DNA of 64,000 nt from an uncultured Actinomycetes bacterium (GCA_963725665.1 CAVRZA010000002.1:384001-448000); one strand, 5' to 3'. Positions 1-8,793 are shown, counted from the stretch's first letter. Notes: generated by a model not told the origin, from the sequence alone. A program made the numbers and translations.

Positions 1-240
1 GGCGCCGTACAGCGTCGCGGCGCTGGGTATCGCCAGCCCGGCGGGAAGGCCGGCGTGGATCGCCGCGAGGTACTTGCCGTACATGGCGGCGTTGTGGCTC
101 GCGCCGCGGGCGACGAAGAGGACGAAGCGGCTGCCGCTCGCCTTCGCGGCCGTTACGGCATCGCGCAGCGAAGAGACGTCGGTCGCCATCCGGGCCACGA
201 TGGCCGGCTGCTCACGGATATTCGCAAGCATCTGCTCCAC
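1..240 (-). CDS. SIS-domain sugar isomerase/GlmS-like protein, N-terminal part (runs off the window start)
   Basis: Manual translation from GTG at 240 with GGAGGGAG upstream: MEQMLANIREQP...FVLFVARGASHNAAMYGKYL...PSAATLYGA. EQP and ARGxSxNA are SIS-family motifs. Confidence 0.8.
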   Translation of the reverse strand, partial: MEQMLANIREQPAIVARMATDVSSLRDAVTAAKASGSRFVLFVARGASHNAAMYGKYLAAIHAGLPAGLAIPSAATLYGA

Positions 241-331
241 GTCTCCCTCCACATGGTACGGTACCCGCCTCATACTACATGGAGTCGTCACCCCGGAGGC
301 GCGGCGTCTTCGAGGAAGGAAGTGCGGAGCT

Positions 332-895
332 GTGGCTGAGTTGCTGGTTCTCGGTGTCTGCGGCAGTCTGCGCAGGGGCTCCTACAACCGCATGCTGCTG
401 CGCGCCGCGCAGGAGCTTGCGCCGCCGGGCGTCGCGATCGAGGAGTTCACCGGGCTGCGCGAGATCCCGCCCTACGACGACGACGTGCGCGTCGGCGAGG
501 GCGATCCGCCGCCGGTCGCCGAGCTGAAGCGGCGGATCGCCCTCGCCGACGCCCTCCTCATCGCGTCGCCGGAGTACAACTTCGGCCCCCCGGGCGTTCT
601 CAAGAACGCCATCGACTGGGTCTCCCGCCCGCCGCTCGAGTCGCCCCTGCGGCACAAACCGGTCGCGCTGATGGGCGCGAGCACGGGGCGCATGGGCACG
701 GTGCGCGCGCAGCTTGCGCTGCGCCAGAACCTCGCGTACTTGGAGTCCTACGTGCTCCTCAAACCGGAGGTACTGGTGAGCGGCGCCGCGGCGGCCTTCG
801 ATCAGGACGGTCGGCTCACCGACGAGACGGTGCGGGCGCTCGTCGGGCAGCTGCTGGCCGGGCTGGTCGTCTGGACGCGCAAGGTCGCTACGTAG
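332..895 (+). CDS. NADPH-dependent FMN reductase (flavodoxin-like)
   Basis: GSLRRGSYN, SPEYN...GVLKNAIDW, KPVALMGAS motifs; GTG start at 332 within ORF 74..895. Confidence 0.92.
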   Translation: MAELLVLGVCGSLRRGSYNRMLLRAAQELAPPGVAIEEFTGLREIPPYDDDVRVGEGDPPPVAELKRRIALADALLIASPEYNFGPPGVLKNAIDWVSRPPLESPLRHKPVALMGASTGRMGTVRAQLALRQNLAYLESYVLLKPEVLVSGAAAAFDQDGRLTDETVRALVGQLLAGLVVWTRKVAT

Positions 896-953
896 GGGAG
901 CCCGCGAGGGGTCCGGCTAGCCCATCGCGTCGGACGTGGCCCATAATGGCCGG

Positions 954-2282
954 ATGGCGCGCGTCCTTCTGATAGCCGCGAACCGCGAGCAGTTCCCCGA
1001 GCCGGCGTTCCCGCTGGGCGCCGCCTACGTGGCCGGCGCGCTCGAGGCGCACGGCTGCGACGTGCGCCTCTTCGACGCCGGCCTCGCGCGGCGCCCGCTG
1101 GCGGCTCTGCGGCGCGCCGTGACCGACCACGCTCCCGACGTCATCGGCCTCTCGTTGCGCAACATCGACAACGCGGCCTACCCCTGCACGAGGAGCTACG
1201 TCGGCTGGTACGAGGAGCTGGCGGGCGCCGCGCGCAGCGCGGCGCCCGCCGCCCGCCTGATCGTCGGCGGGTCGGCCTTCGCCATCTTCCCCGCGGAGCT
1301 CCTCGAGTTGCTCGGCGCCGACGTCGGCGTGACGGGCGACGGCGAGGCCGGGATGCTGGCGGCGCTCGGCAACGGGCACTCGGGGGTCGTCGAGCGGCGC
1401 CTAGACGACCTGGCGGCGGTCCGCCTGCCCGCCGGACTCGAGCGCGTCTTTCCCTCGTTCCGACGCTACCGGACGATCGGGGTGCAGTCGGCTCGCGGCT
1501 GTCCGTACCGCTGCCTCTACTGCACCTACCCGCTCCTGGAGGGTCGCCGCTTGCGGCGCCGTCCGCCCGCAGCGGTAGCCGACGAGCTCGCCGCGCTGCA
1601 GGCCCTGCACCCGTCGGCCGAGTACTTCATCGTCGACTCGGCCTTCAACGCCGACGAGGAACACCTCGCCGGCGTCTGCCGCGCCATCATCGCCCGGCGC
1701 CTGGGACTGCGTTTCTCGTGCTACCTTCAGCCCGTGATGAGCGACCCCTCGCTCTTCGACCTGCTCGCCGAGGCGGGCTGCATGGCCGTCGATTTCGGCA
1801 CCGACAGCGCCAGCGAGACCATGCTCGCGAGTCTGGGAAAGAGCTTCACCGTCGAGGAGCTGCGCGCCGCCTCGACTGCCTGCAGACGCGCCGGCATCGA
1901 CTTCTGCCACTCGCTCCTCTTCGGTGGACCCGGCGAGACGCGGGAGACGGTGGCCGAGACGGTGCGGGTGATGGACGAGGTCGCGCCCAACGCGGTCGTG
2001 GCCATGGTCGCCATGCGCATCTACCCCGGCACCGATCTCGCGGCGCTGGCGGAGGGAGTGGACGGCGGCTCCCTCCTTACCCCGCGGTTCTACGTCGCCG
2101 AGAGCGAGCCGGGCTGGCCCTACTCACAAGTGCGCTCGGCTGCCGCCGAGCGACGCTCGTGGTTCCTGCCCGGCTCCCGTGACTGGAGCACGCTGCTGGG
2201 TCCGAAGCTCCTGAGGCTCGTGCACGGCGAGGGACCGTTGTGGCGCAGCTTCCCGCGCCCGCGCTGGTACCGCTTCTTCTAG
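954..2282 (+). CDS. Cobalamin-binding radical SAM protein
   Basis: N-terminal PLGAAYVAGAL...IGLSLRNID B12-binding domain; RGCPYRCLYC (CX3CX2C); CATAAT 6 nt before the ATG. Confidence 0.88.
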   Translation: MARVLLIAANREQFPEPAFPLGAAYVAGALEAHGCDVRLFDAGLARRPLAALRRAVTDHAPDVIGLSLRNIDNAAYPCTRSYVGWYEELAGAARSAAPAARLIVGGSAFAIFPAELLELLGADVGVTGDGEAGMLAALGNGHSGVVERRLDDLAAVRLPAGLERVFPSFRRYRTIGVQSARGCPYRCLYCTYPLLEGRRLRRRPPAAVADELAALQALHPSAEYFIVDSAFNADEEHLAGVCRAIIARRLGLRFSCYLQPVMSDPSLFDLLAEAGCMAVDFGTDSASETMLASLGKSFTVEELRAASTACRRAGIDFCHSLLFGGPGETRETVAETVRVMDEVAPNAVVAMVAMRIYPGTDLAALAEGVDGGSLLTPRFYVAESEPGWPYSQVRSAAAERRSWFLPGSRDWSTLLGPKLLRLVHGEGPLWRSFPRPRWYRFF

Positions 2283-2301
2283 CGTCCCTCAGCCAGTGCC
2301 T

Positions 2302-2574
2302 TCAGCCCTCGTCGGCCGACAGCCGGCGCAAGTCCCGCGCCTTGACCTTCTCGACGCGCTGCGCCGTCGCACGCGCACGCAGGAAGGCCGGCAGGTAGTC
2401 CTCGATGGCCTCACCGGCGCTGCCCGCGCGCACGAACGCATAACCGGTGTGGTCTCCCACGACGCAACCCCAGTGGAACGCCTCCTGGAACTGCGGCCCC
2501 TGGTTGAGGGTCTCCTCGAGGGCGCGTCGGTGCTCGTCGGGGTCGTGCAGCGACACGATGAGGAAGCTGGCCAC
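2302..2574 (-). CDS. Small hypothetical protein (H..H / WGC..GDH motif)
   Basis: 90-aa ORF, GTG start with AGGAGGA RBS, coding-like composition. Confidence 0.7.
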   Translation of the reverse strand: MASFLIVSLHDPDEHRRALEETLNQGPQFQEAFHWGCVVGDHTGYAFVRAGSAGEAIEDYLPAFLRARATAQRVEKVKARDLRRLSADEG

Positions 2575-2626
2575 GGTTCGTCCTCCTGAGCGACGGGGTG
2601 CCGGTGGCCCGCCGCCTGTGCCAGCC

Positions 2627-2652
2627 GTTCCCGTCGCGCTGCGGGGTTAAAC
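2627..2652 (-). promoter_or_regulatory. SigB/SigF-type promoter candidate
   Basis: GTTT-N16-GGGAAC upstream of the 2574 start. Confidence 0.45.
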
Positions 2653-2701
2653 GAGGGGTATGGTAGTGCAGCAGGTGTGAACGACGAGGAGGCTCGGTGA
2701 G

Positions 2702-3148
2702 ATGGCGGCACAACGACGGGCAGAGGTGATCTGGGAGGGCTCTCTCGAACAGGGACGAGGGCTTCTCGATCTGAAGAGCAGCGGCGCGGTCTCAGGGCTG
2801 CCGGTGACCTGGGCGTCGCGCACGCAGCGCTCCGAGGGCATGACCAGCCCCGAGGAGCTCATCGCGGCGGCTCACGCGAGCTGCTTCGCCATGGCGTTCT
2901 CGGGCGAGCTGGCGCAGGCCGGCACGGCGCCGGAGAAGCTCGATGTGACGGCCACCTGCACCATCGACCAGGTCGACGGCGGCTGGCGTGTGACGGCGAG
3001 CGCGATCGAGGTAGAGGGCGTGGTCCCCGGGCTCGACGAGGCGAGCTTCGTGCAGGCCGCCGAGCGAGCCAAGGACGGCTGCCCGGTGTCGGGCGCCCTG
3101 AAGGGCAACCTCGAGATCACGGTGCAGGCGAGGCTGGCCCAGAACTAG
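2702..3148 (+). CDS. osmC: OsmC family peroxiredoxin
   Basis: WEGSL..G.G, TSPEELIAAAHASCF, AKDGCPVSGAL. Confidence 0.92.
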   Translation: MAAQRRAEVIWEGSLEQGRGLLDLKSSGAVSGLPVTWASRTQRSEGMTSPEELIAAAHASCFAMAFSGELAQAGTAPEKLDVTATCTIDQVDGGWRVTASAIEVEGVVPGLDEASFVQAAERAKDGCPVSGALKGNLEITVQARLAQN

Positions 3149-3282
3149 CGGCCAGCCTCGCTCTCGCGGGCGAGCCAGCGCCGGGGTCGGCGACCGCGCC
3201 AGGCTCGTCGGCGGCGCCCGGCGCGGTTCATCTCGCGACCGGTCAAGCACTCGGTCCGGCCCGCCGACAATAGGGGGCGACG

Positions 3283-5934
3283 ATGTCGGGCCTTGAGTCG
3301 ACACCCGTTGCCAACGACCTCTTCGCACTGCTCGGCGAGGTGACTGCTGCCGTGGCATCGCCGGGTGACGTCGACGAGACTCTGCGCCTGGTCGTGAGAC
3401 GCCTCGGCGAGGCGCTGGGCGTGTCGGAGTGCCGCCTCTACGAGTACGCCGGCGACGAGCATCACCTCACCCTGGCGGCACGCTGGGTAGCCGAGTCTGC
3501 GGTGGGTCCCGACGATGGGGCCGACGAGTCCGCGGACGCGTGCGACCGGCCGTCCCTTCGCGCGAGCCTGGTCGACCGGCAGGTGACCGAAGCGTACATC
3601 GACGACCCCGGCCTCGACCCCCTCGACCGCAGCGATCTGGAGCGCCGGTCCGCGTGCTCGCGCCTCACGGCTCCACTGGTGTTCGGCGACGAGGTCGTCG
3701 GGCTCGTGGATCTCATCGAGAGGCGCGGCGGGCGGCGGTTCGCCAAAGGCGAGAGGGAGATCGCGGCGACGTTCGCCGTCCCGGCGGCAATCGCGCTCCA
3801 TGAGGCGCATACGCAGCGTCTCGAGGCGGACCAACGGCGCTTTTTGTCGTCGCTCGTGAGCGCGAGCCGGGCCTTCACGCAGAACGAGGTCGTCGAGGAC
3901 GTGCTCAACCGCGTCGCTCGCGAGGCGGCCGAGGCGCTCGACGCCTCGCAGGCGGCCATCTACGAATACGACCCCGAAGCGCAGGCACTCATCTACAGCG
4001 TGCTGTGCGAGCGTGAGAAGTCGATCGGGCCCGACGACAGCCTTGGGTCCTCGTACGAGCTCGACGACTACCCCGGAGAGCGCCGGATCCTCATGAGCGA
4101 CGGCATCGTCCTCGAGCTGATGTCCGATCCCGACTTGCCCAACGATCGCCGCGGCTGCATGGAGACGTGGGGCGAGAAGAGCGTTCTGAGCGTGCCGCTG
4201 CGCTTCCACGACCGGCGGCTCGGCATACTGCGCATCTACGCCTTCGACAGGGAGCGCATCTTCACCGAGGCCGAGCGCAAGCTGGCGGCCGGGCTGGGCG
4301 AGCTGGCGAGTGCGGCCATCCACAACGCGCGCGCCTACCGCTCACAGGAGGACCGCACTCGCCAGCTCGCCTCGCTCCTCGACGCCAGCACCAGCATGAC
4401 GTCGACGGTCGTCCTCGAGGATGTCCTCGAGCTCGTCGCCCGCAAGACGGCCGAGGCGCTCGGTTCGCAGCAGTGCGTCATCTACGAGTACCTGAAAGAC
4501 AGGGACGCCATCGCCACGCGCTCCCTCTACAACCGCCGCGACAGGCCGCAGGACGACTGCGTGGACGAGATCGGCACCGTCTTCGCGCTCGATCTCTACC
4601 CCAGCGACAGGAAGCTGCTGGCCAGCGGCGAGATCGTGCAGCAACACCTCGGCGATCCGGGACTGCCCCGCGACGTCCGCGAGACCATGGACGCCTTCGG
4701 TGAGATGGCTTGCCTGAACGTCCCCCTCCTCTTCCGCGGCGAGGCGCTCGGGATCCTGGTGCTCGTCGAGTTCGACCACGAGCGTCACTACACGGGGGAG
4801 GAAATAGAGCTTGCCAAGGGGCTGTCCGAGCAGGCGGCCACGGCCATCCATCATGCCCGTCTCTACCGGCAGCAGGAGGAGCAGAACCGTCTGCTCGTCA
4901 CGCTCCTCGACGTGAGTCAGCGCATCGCCGCCTCACTCGACGCGCACACCGTGCTGCGTGAGGTCGCGGCCGGCGTGTCACGGCTGTTCGCCGCCGAGAC
5001 CGCGAGTGCATGCGTCTGGCTGCATACGGGCGACGGCCGCTTCGAGCCCGCCGACCAGCGAGGTGTCAGCTTGGGCGACAGCGGTGCCCAGGCTGGTCCT
5101 GGCGACGACGGCGGCGACGCGCTGGTCGCAAGGATGCTCCAGAGCGGCGACCCGCTCCAGGAGGGCCTGGGAGCCGACGGCCACCGCCTCGTCCTGCCGC
5201 TCGTCGTCCACGGCGCGCTGACGGGGTATGTCGAGGTGCGCAGCGAGCGGTCGGACCCACTCAGCGCCGACGACTTGCAGGTGCTACAGGTGCTGGCCAG
5301 CGAGGCCACCGTGGCGCTCGAGAACGCCGACAACTACGGCAAGCTCGAGGACACGTACCTGGAGACGGTCACGGCGCTCGCCGCGGCCATGGAGGCCAAG
5401 GACCAGTACACCGCCGATCACGCCGACATGCTGGCTAACATGGCCGTCGCCATCGGCCGTCGCCTGGGCCTCGTCGAAGCCGACCTGCGCGATCTGCAGT
5501 ATGCCGCCGTCCTGCACGACATCGGCAAGATCGGTATCCCTGGAGCCATCCTCAACAAGCCCGACCAGCTCACCGATGAGGAGTTCGCCGTCATGGCCGA
5601 GCACACGGTCATCGGAGAGCGGATCATCTCGCGGATCGCGCACTTGCGCTCCATCGGGCATATCGTGAGGGCGGCGCACGAGCGCTGGGACGGCAGCGGC
5701 TACCCGGATGGCCTCGGCGGTGAAGAGATCCCCCTGCCGTCGCGCATCCTGCTGGTCTGCGACGCCTATCACGCCATGACCTCGGATCGTCCCTATCGCG
5801 AGGCTCTGGCCGAAGACGTCGCTCTCGGGGAGCTACGGCAGAACGCCGGGACGCAGTTCGACCCCGCGGTCGTCGAACGCTTCCTCGAGACGTGGCCACA
5901 CTTCGAGACGGAGCACTCCGCGGCGGTCAACTAG
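3283..5934 (+). CDS. Multi-GAF (about 4) HD-GYP cyclic-dinucleotide phosphodiesterase
   Basis: Repeated GAF signatures (APL.FG, VPLRF, VPLLF, LPLVV..G); C-terminal LHDIGKIG, HERWDGSGYPDGL, SDRPYR. Confidence 0.9.
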   Translation: MSGLESTPVANDLFALLGEVTAAVASPGDVDETLRLVVRRLGEALGVSECRLYEYAGDEHHLTLAARWVAESAVGPDDGADESADACDRPSLRASLVDRQVTEAYIDDPGLDPLDRSDLERRSACSRLTAPLVFGDEVVGLVDLIERRGGRRFAKGEREIAATFAVPAAIALHEAHTQRLEADQRRFLSSLVSASRAFTQNEVVEDVLNRVAREAAEALDASQAAIYEYDPEAQALIYSVLCEREKSIGPDDSLGSSYELDDYPGERRILMSDGIVLELMSDPDLPNDRRGCMETWGEKSVLSVPLRFHDRRLGILRIYAFDRERIFTEAERKLAAGLGELASAAIHNARAYRSQEDRTRQLASLLDASTSMTSTVVLEDVLELVARKTAEALGSQQCVIYEYLKDRDAIATRSLYNRRDRPQDDCVDEIGTVFALDLYPSDRKLLASGEIVQQHLGDPGLPRDVRETMDAFGEMACLNVPLLFRGEALGILVLVEFDHERHYTGEEIELAKGLSEQAATAIHHARLYRQQEEQNRLLVTLLDVSQRIAASLDAHTVLREVAAGVSRLFAAETASACVWLHTGDGRFEPADQRGVSLGDSGAQAGPGDDGGDALVARMLQSGDPLQEGLGADGHRLVLPLVVHGALTGYVEVRSERSDPLSADDLQVLQVLASEATVALENADNYGKLEDTYLETVTALAAAMEAKDQYTADHADMLANMAVAIGRRLGLVEADLRDLQYAAVLHDIGKIGIPGAILNKPDQLTDEEFAVMAEHTVIGERIISRIAHLRSIGHIVRAAHERWDGSGYPDGLGGEEIPLPSRILLVCDAYHAMTSDRPYREALAEDVALGELRQNAGTQFDPAVVERFLETWPHFETEHSAAVN

Positions 5935-5938
5935 GTTG

Positions 5939-6031
5939 TGGCGGAGAGGGAGGGATTCGAACCCTCGAAGCGCCAAACGACGCTTAACGGTTTTCGAGAC
6001 CGCCGCTTTCAGCCATCTCAGCCACCTCTCC
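5939..6031 (-). tRNA. tRNA-Ser(CGA)
   Basis: GGAGAGG acceptor, anticodon arm GCGGT-CT CGA AA-ACCGT, long variable arm, GGTTCGAATCC, encoded CCA. Confidence 0.96.
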
Positions 6032-6064
6032 GCGAGGGGCTGCGCACGGGCCACAGGTGGTCGC

Positions 6065-6158
6065 TGGCGGAGAGGGTGGGATTCGAACCCACGAGGCAGC
6101 TTATCGCCGCCCACGCGATTTCCAGTCGCGCTCCTTAAGCCAACTCGGACACCTCTCC
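6065..6158 (-). tRNA. tRNA-Ser(GGA)
   Basis: Anticodon arm CGCGA-CT GGA AA-TCGCG, variable arm, T-loop, CCA. Confidence 0.96.
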
Positions 6159-6178
6159 GGGCCCGTGGGCGAGAACGA

Positions 6179-6208
6179 AGTATAGCCCAGGGCGGGGCGC
6201 TTGGTGAA
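6179..6208 (-). promoter_or_regulatory. Housekeeping promoter of the tRNA-Ser pair
   Basis: TTCACC-N18-TATACT; the same hexamers occur before tRNA-Arg. Confidence 0.55.
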
Positions 6209-6261
6209 CGAAGCAGCCGTGCCTGAACGCGTCTGCCGGTCAGCCTCGCGGCGGCGGGCCG

Positions 6262-6735
6262 CTACTTCTCGCCGGCCTCGCGGCGGCGGTTGAAGAACTC
6301 CTGCAAGAGCGCGACCGACTCGTCCTCGAGGACCCGGCTGCGCACCTCGGTGAAGTGGTTCAGGCGGGGGTCTCGGGCGATGTCGAAGACCGTGCCCGCG
6401 GCCCCCGCCTTCTCGTCGCGCGCGCCGTAGACGAGGCGCGGGACGCGCGCCTGGCTGATCGCGCCGGCGCACATCGGGCAGGGCTCGATGGTGACGTAGA
6501 TGGTGGTCTCGAGCAGGCGCCAGTGGCCGATGCGCGCCGCGGCCTCCTCGATGGCGAGGATCTCCGCGTGCGCCGTCGGCGACTGGCGCAGCTCGCGCTC
6601 GTTGTGGGCAGCGGCGATGACCTCGCCGCCGCGCACGACGACGGCCCCCACAGGCACGTCGTCGTGCGCGACTGCCCGCGCCGCCTCGCGCAGCGCCAAG
6701 CGCATGAAGTACTCGTCGTCGGTCAGCTCGTTCAT
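6262..6735 (-). CDS. tadA: tRNA adenosine(34) deaminase
   Basis: VPVGAVVV, AHAE, TIEPCPMCAGAI, FF..RR. Confidence 0.95.
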   Translation of the reverse strand: MNELTDDEYFMRLALREAARAVAHDDVPVGAVVVRGGEVIAAAHNERELRQSPTAHAEILAIEEAAARIGHWRLLETTIYVTIEPCPMCAGAISQARVPRLVYGARDEKAGAAGTVFDIARDPRLNHFTEVRSRVLEDESVALLQEFFNRRREAGEK

Positions 6736-6865
6736 CTCAGCGCATCGTCGGTCAGCTCGTTCATCTCAGCGCGGAGTCGATCAGGTCGCTCGTGTGGGCA
6801 CGCCATAGGTCAGCTCGCTCATCGAGGCACGCCATCGGTCGTCTCGATCATCGGGGCACGTCTCG
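6721..6865. repeat. Degenerate 29-bp tandem repeat, 5 units, overlapping the tadA start
   Basis: Units begin at 6721, 6750, 6779, 6808 and 6837 (ggtcagctcgNtcatc core); 6716-6743 is identical to 6745-6772. Confidence 0.8.
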
Positions 6866-6961
6866 CACGTACGCTCGTCAGGTCGCGGATGCTATCACGC
6901 CACGCGAGGTATCTTCCCTTGTGCACGCGGCGCCCCACCCGGAAAGAATGGAGGCCGTTCC

Positions 6962-7264
6962 ATGCTGAGCTATCGCCTGGTGGAGGTCCGGCTCGACAAC
7001 GAGCCGCAGGAGTTCGAGTCTGCGTATGTGTACATCCCGGAGAACGAGGAGCTCGGAGGCTGGCGCGTCACTTTCGAGAGCCGGCAGGACCCGATGCTCG
7101 AACCGTCCGACGAGCGCCTGGCTCTTCTGCTGCGCGCCGAGGGCGACGTGCGCCTCGCGGGCACGGGCCACGTGAGCAACGTGCGCTTCGTCGACGGTGG
7201 CGCCTACGTCGAGGTCATGGGGCAGGGAGAGCTCGACGGCGTGACCGACCTGGGCGACTTCTGA
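6962..7264 (+). CDS. Hypothetical protein (acidic, 100 aa)
   Basis: GGAGG RBS, ATG start, coding-like composition. Confidence 0.65.
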   Translation: MLSYRLVEVRLDNEPQEFESAYVYIPENEELGGWRVTFESRQDPMLEPSDERLALLLRAEGDVRLAGTGHVSNVRFVDGGAYVEVMGQGELDGVTDLGDF

Positions 7265-7382
7265 GGAGTCGCGGCTGCGAGACCGATTCTGCACGGGTGC
7301 CTGCGAACGTGTACGGACGAGGCGACTTGGGGATACACATTCTCACGGTGGGAGGCGATTCGCGCGGTGGAGGAGGTCGTCC

Positions 7383-7727
7383 GTGACAGATGCCGCTGGC
7401 AGTCTTGTGAGACGTCGTCACGGGTCGCTCGTGCCCGTGAGGACGTTCGGAAACGGCCGCGTTTGCAGCGCCGAGGGCTGCAGCACGGTGCTCTCCCTCT
7501 ACAACCCCTCGGACCTGTGCGCGGTGCACGAGCGTCACGTCACGCACATCGACGATGAGCCCAGCCGGCGGCTGCTCGGCCCGTTGCTGGTAGCGCGTTG
7601 CGCCTACAGCGAGTGCGCCAACACGTTCACGACGCGCAACCCGCGACGCAAGTACTGCAGCGACTCCTGCAGGATGAAGGCCTTCCAGCGCCGCGAGCGG
7701 ACCGACAGCGAGCTCCGGGCGGCGTAG
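7383..7727 (+). CDS. Small double zinc-finger protein (C-terminal CGNR-like finger)
   Basis: CSAEGC...CAVH and CAYSEC...RRKYCSDSCR; GGAGG RBS. Confidence 0.7.
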   Translation: MTDAAGSLVRRRHGSLVPVRTFGNGRVCSAEGCSTVLSLYNPSDLCAVHERHVTHIDDEPSRRLLGPLLVARCAYSECANTFTTRNPRRKYCSDSCRMKAFQRRERTDSELRAA

Positions 7728-7913
7728 GCGAAGTCCGAGACCGCCCTAGCTCGCTGTCCTGCCTGACTACGGATTCCAGTCTGGCCCCCTGCCCGTCTGC
7801 GTCGGTTTCTCGTACCATGCAAGAGCGGACTCATTCTCGGAAACGTGGTGCCGGAATGCTTCGGCGCCGCGAGTGCACGGCGGCCGGGCCGCCGTTGCCG
7901 TGGGGGGTGTGGG

Positions 7914-8357
7914 ATGGCCTACAACTACGAGTTCAAGTACCCGCGCAAGAAGCTGCACGAGATCGTGAGCCGTTACCTGCTGCAGATGCACACCATGGGC
8001 CGGGCTCCCAACTGCGGTGTGTTCTTCGTCGAGCAGACGTTCGCGGCGCCGGACGTGCGCGGCTGGCTCCTTACCTATCGCGAAGACGTCGGGCCGGAGG
8101 ACCGCTACGTGTTGCTCGAAGACGGCGATGTCTGGATCGACATGGAGGGCGCCAGCGACGGGCACGATGAGGGACGAGGGTGGCTGGACGCGCCGACAGA
8201 CGATCTGGCGGTGCTGCTGGCCCAGTCGCTCAAGAGCGCGCGCATGGGAGGGGACGGGCTCCTGTTCTCGGGCGATGCCGCCGCGTGTCAGGTGGTCGTC
8301 GAGGACCGTCGCGAGACGATGAAGGCGTTCATGGGCCGGGAGAACCGCGTCCACTAG
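7914..8357 (+). CDS. Hypothetical protein
   Basis: ATG at 7914 in ORF 7845..8357, coding-like composition; no family recognised. Confidence 0.6.
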   Translation: MAYNYEFKYPRKKLHEIVSRYLLQMHTMGRAPNCGVFFVEQTFAAPDVRGWLLTYREDVGPEDRYVLLEDGDVWIDMEGASDGHDEGRGWLDAPTDDLAVLLAQSLKSARMGGDGLLFSGDAAACQVVVEDRRETMKAFMGRENRVH

Positions 8358-8380
8358 CCCGACGGGCGTCTCGGGGCAGC

Positions 8381-8527
8381 AAAAAGCCCGCCGCACTATC
8401 TGCAGTTCGCCGCACGGGTCTCCTCTTTGCTTCTCGGGACCGAAGCCCCTTGGGAGTAGATCCCTTGCGGGGTCTGCTCCTCACGAAGAGGATCTCCGCC
8501 GCGTCCCACAAAACGTGACGGCGGGCA
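8381..8527 (-). ncRNA. Putative stand-alone structured small RNA (~145 nt)
   Basis: Ends pair (GCCCGCCGTCAC / GTGCGGCGGGC) and are followed by TTTTT; internal cUUCGg and ccGCAAgg hairpins; promoter directly upstream. Confidence 0.65.
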
Positions 8528-8533
8528 AGCGGC

Positions 8534-8562
8534 ACTCTAGTTGTCCGTCAACGGCGATGCAA
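8534..8562 (-). promoter_or_regulatory. Sigma70-type promoter of the putative sRNA
   Basis: TTGCAT (8562-8557)-N17-TAGAGT (8539-8534), 7 nt before the closing stem. Confidence 0.6.
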
Positions 8563-8660
8563 TACCAAAAGCCTCGGCCTCTCGCAGAGGGTTGGCTTTC
8601 GCCGCCGCCTGAGGGCGGGGCTCATCCACTGGTTGAGGTTTGGGAGGTTCCAGGCTCGCA

Positions 8661-8692
8661 GGTGGGTGTCCCGCGATGGTGGGTGTCCCGCG
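8661..8692. repeat. 15-bp direct repeat, 17-bp period
   Basis: ggtgggtgtcccgcg at 8661 and 8678. Confidence 0.7.
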
Positions 8693-8793
8693 GTGGTAAG
8701 TGGGGCGCGTCACCAGAGACGTCAGTCACTGCAGCGTAGCGCGCGGGCGGCGCGTTGCCGCGCCGCCCGCGCGCTCGTCAGGCTCAGCAGGAA

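Noticed and set aside
6721-6865. 29-bp and 33-bp (61188) repeats as CRISPR arrays
   Set aside because: Head-to-tail units with no unique spacers and no cas genes
8381-8527. Identification of the sRNA as SRP RNA, 6S RNA or retron msr-msd
   Set aside because: No SRP helix-8 motif, no large central bubble and no reverse transcriptase nearby
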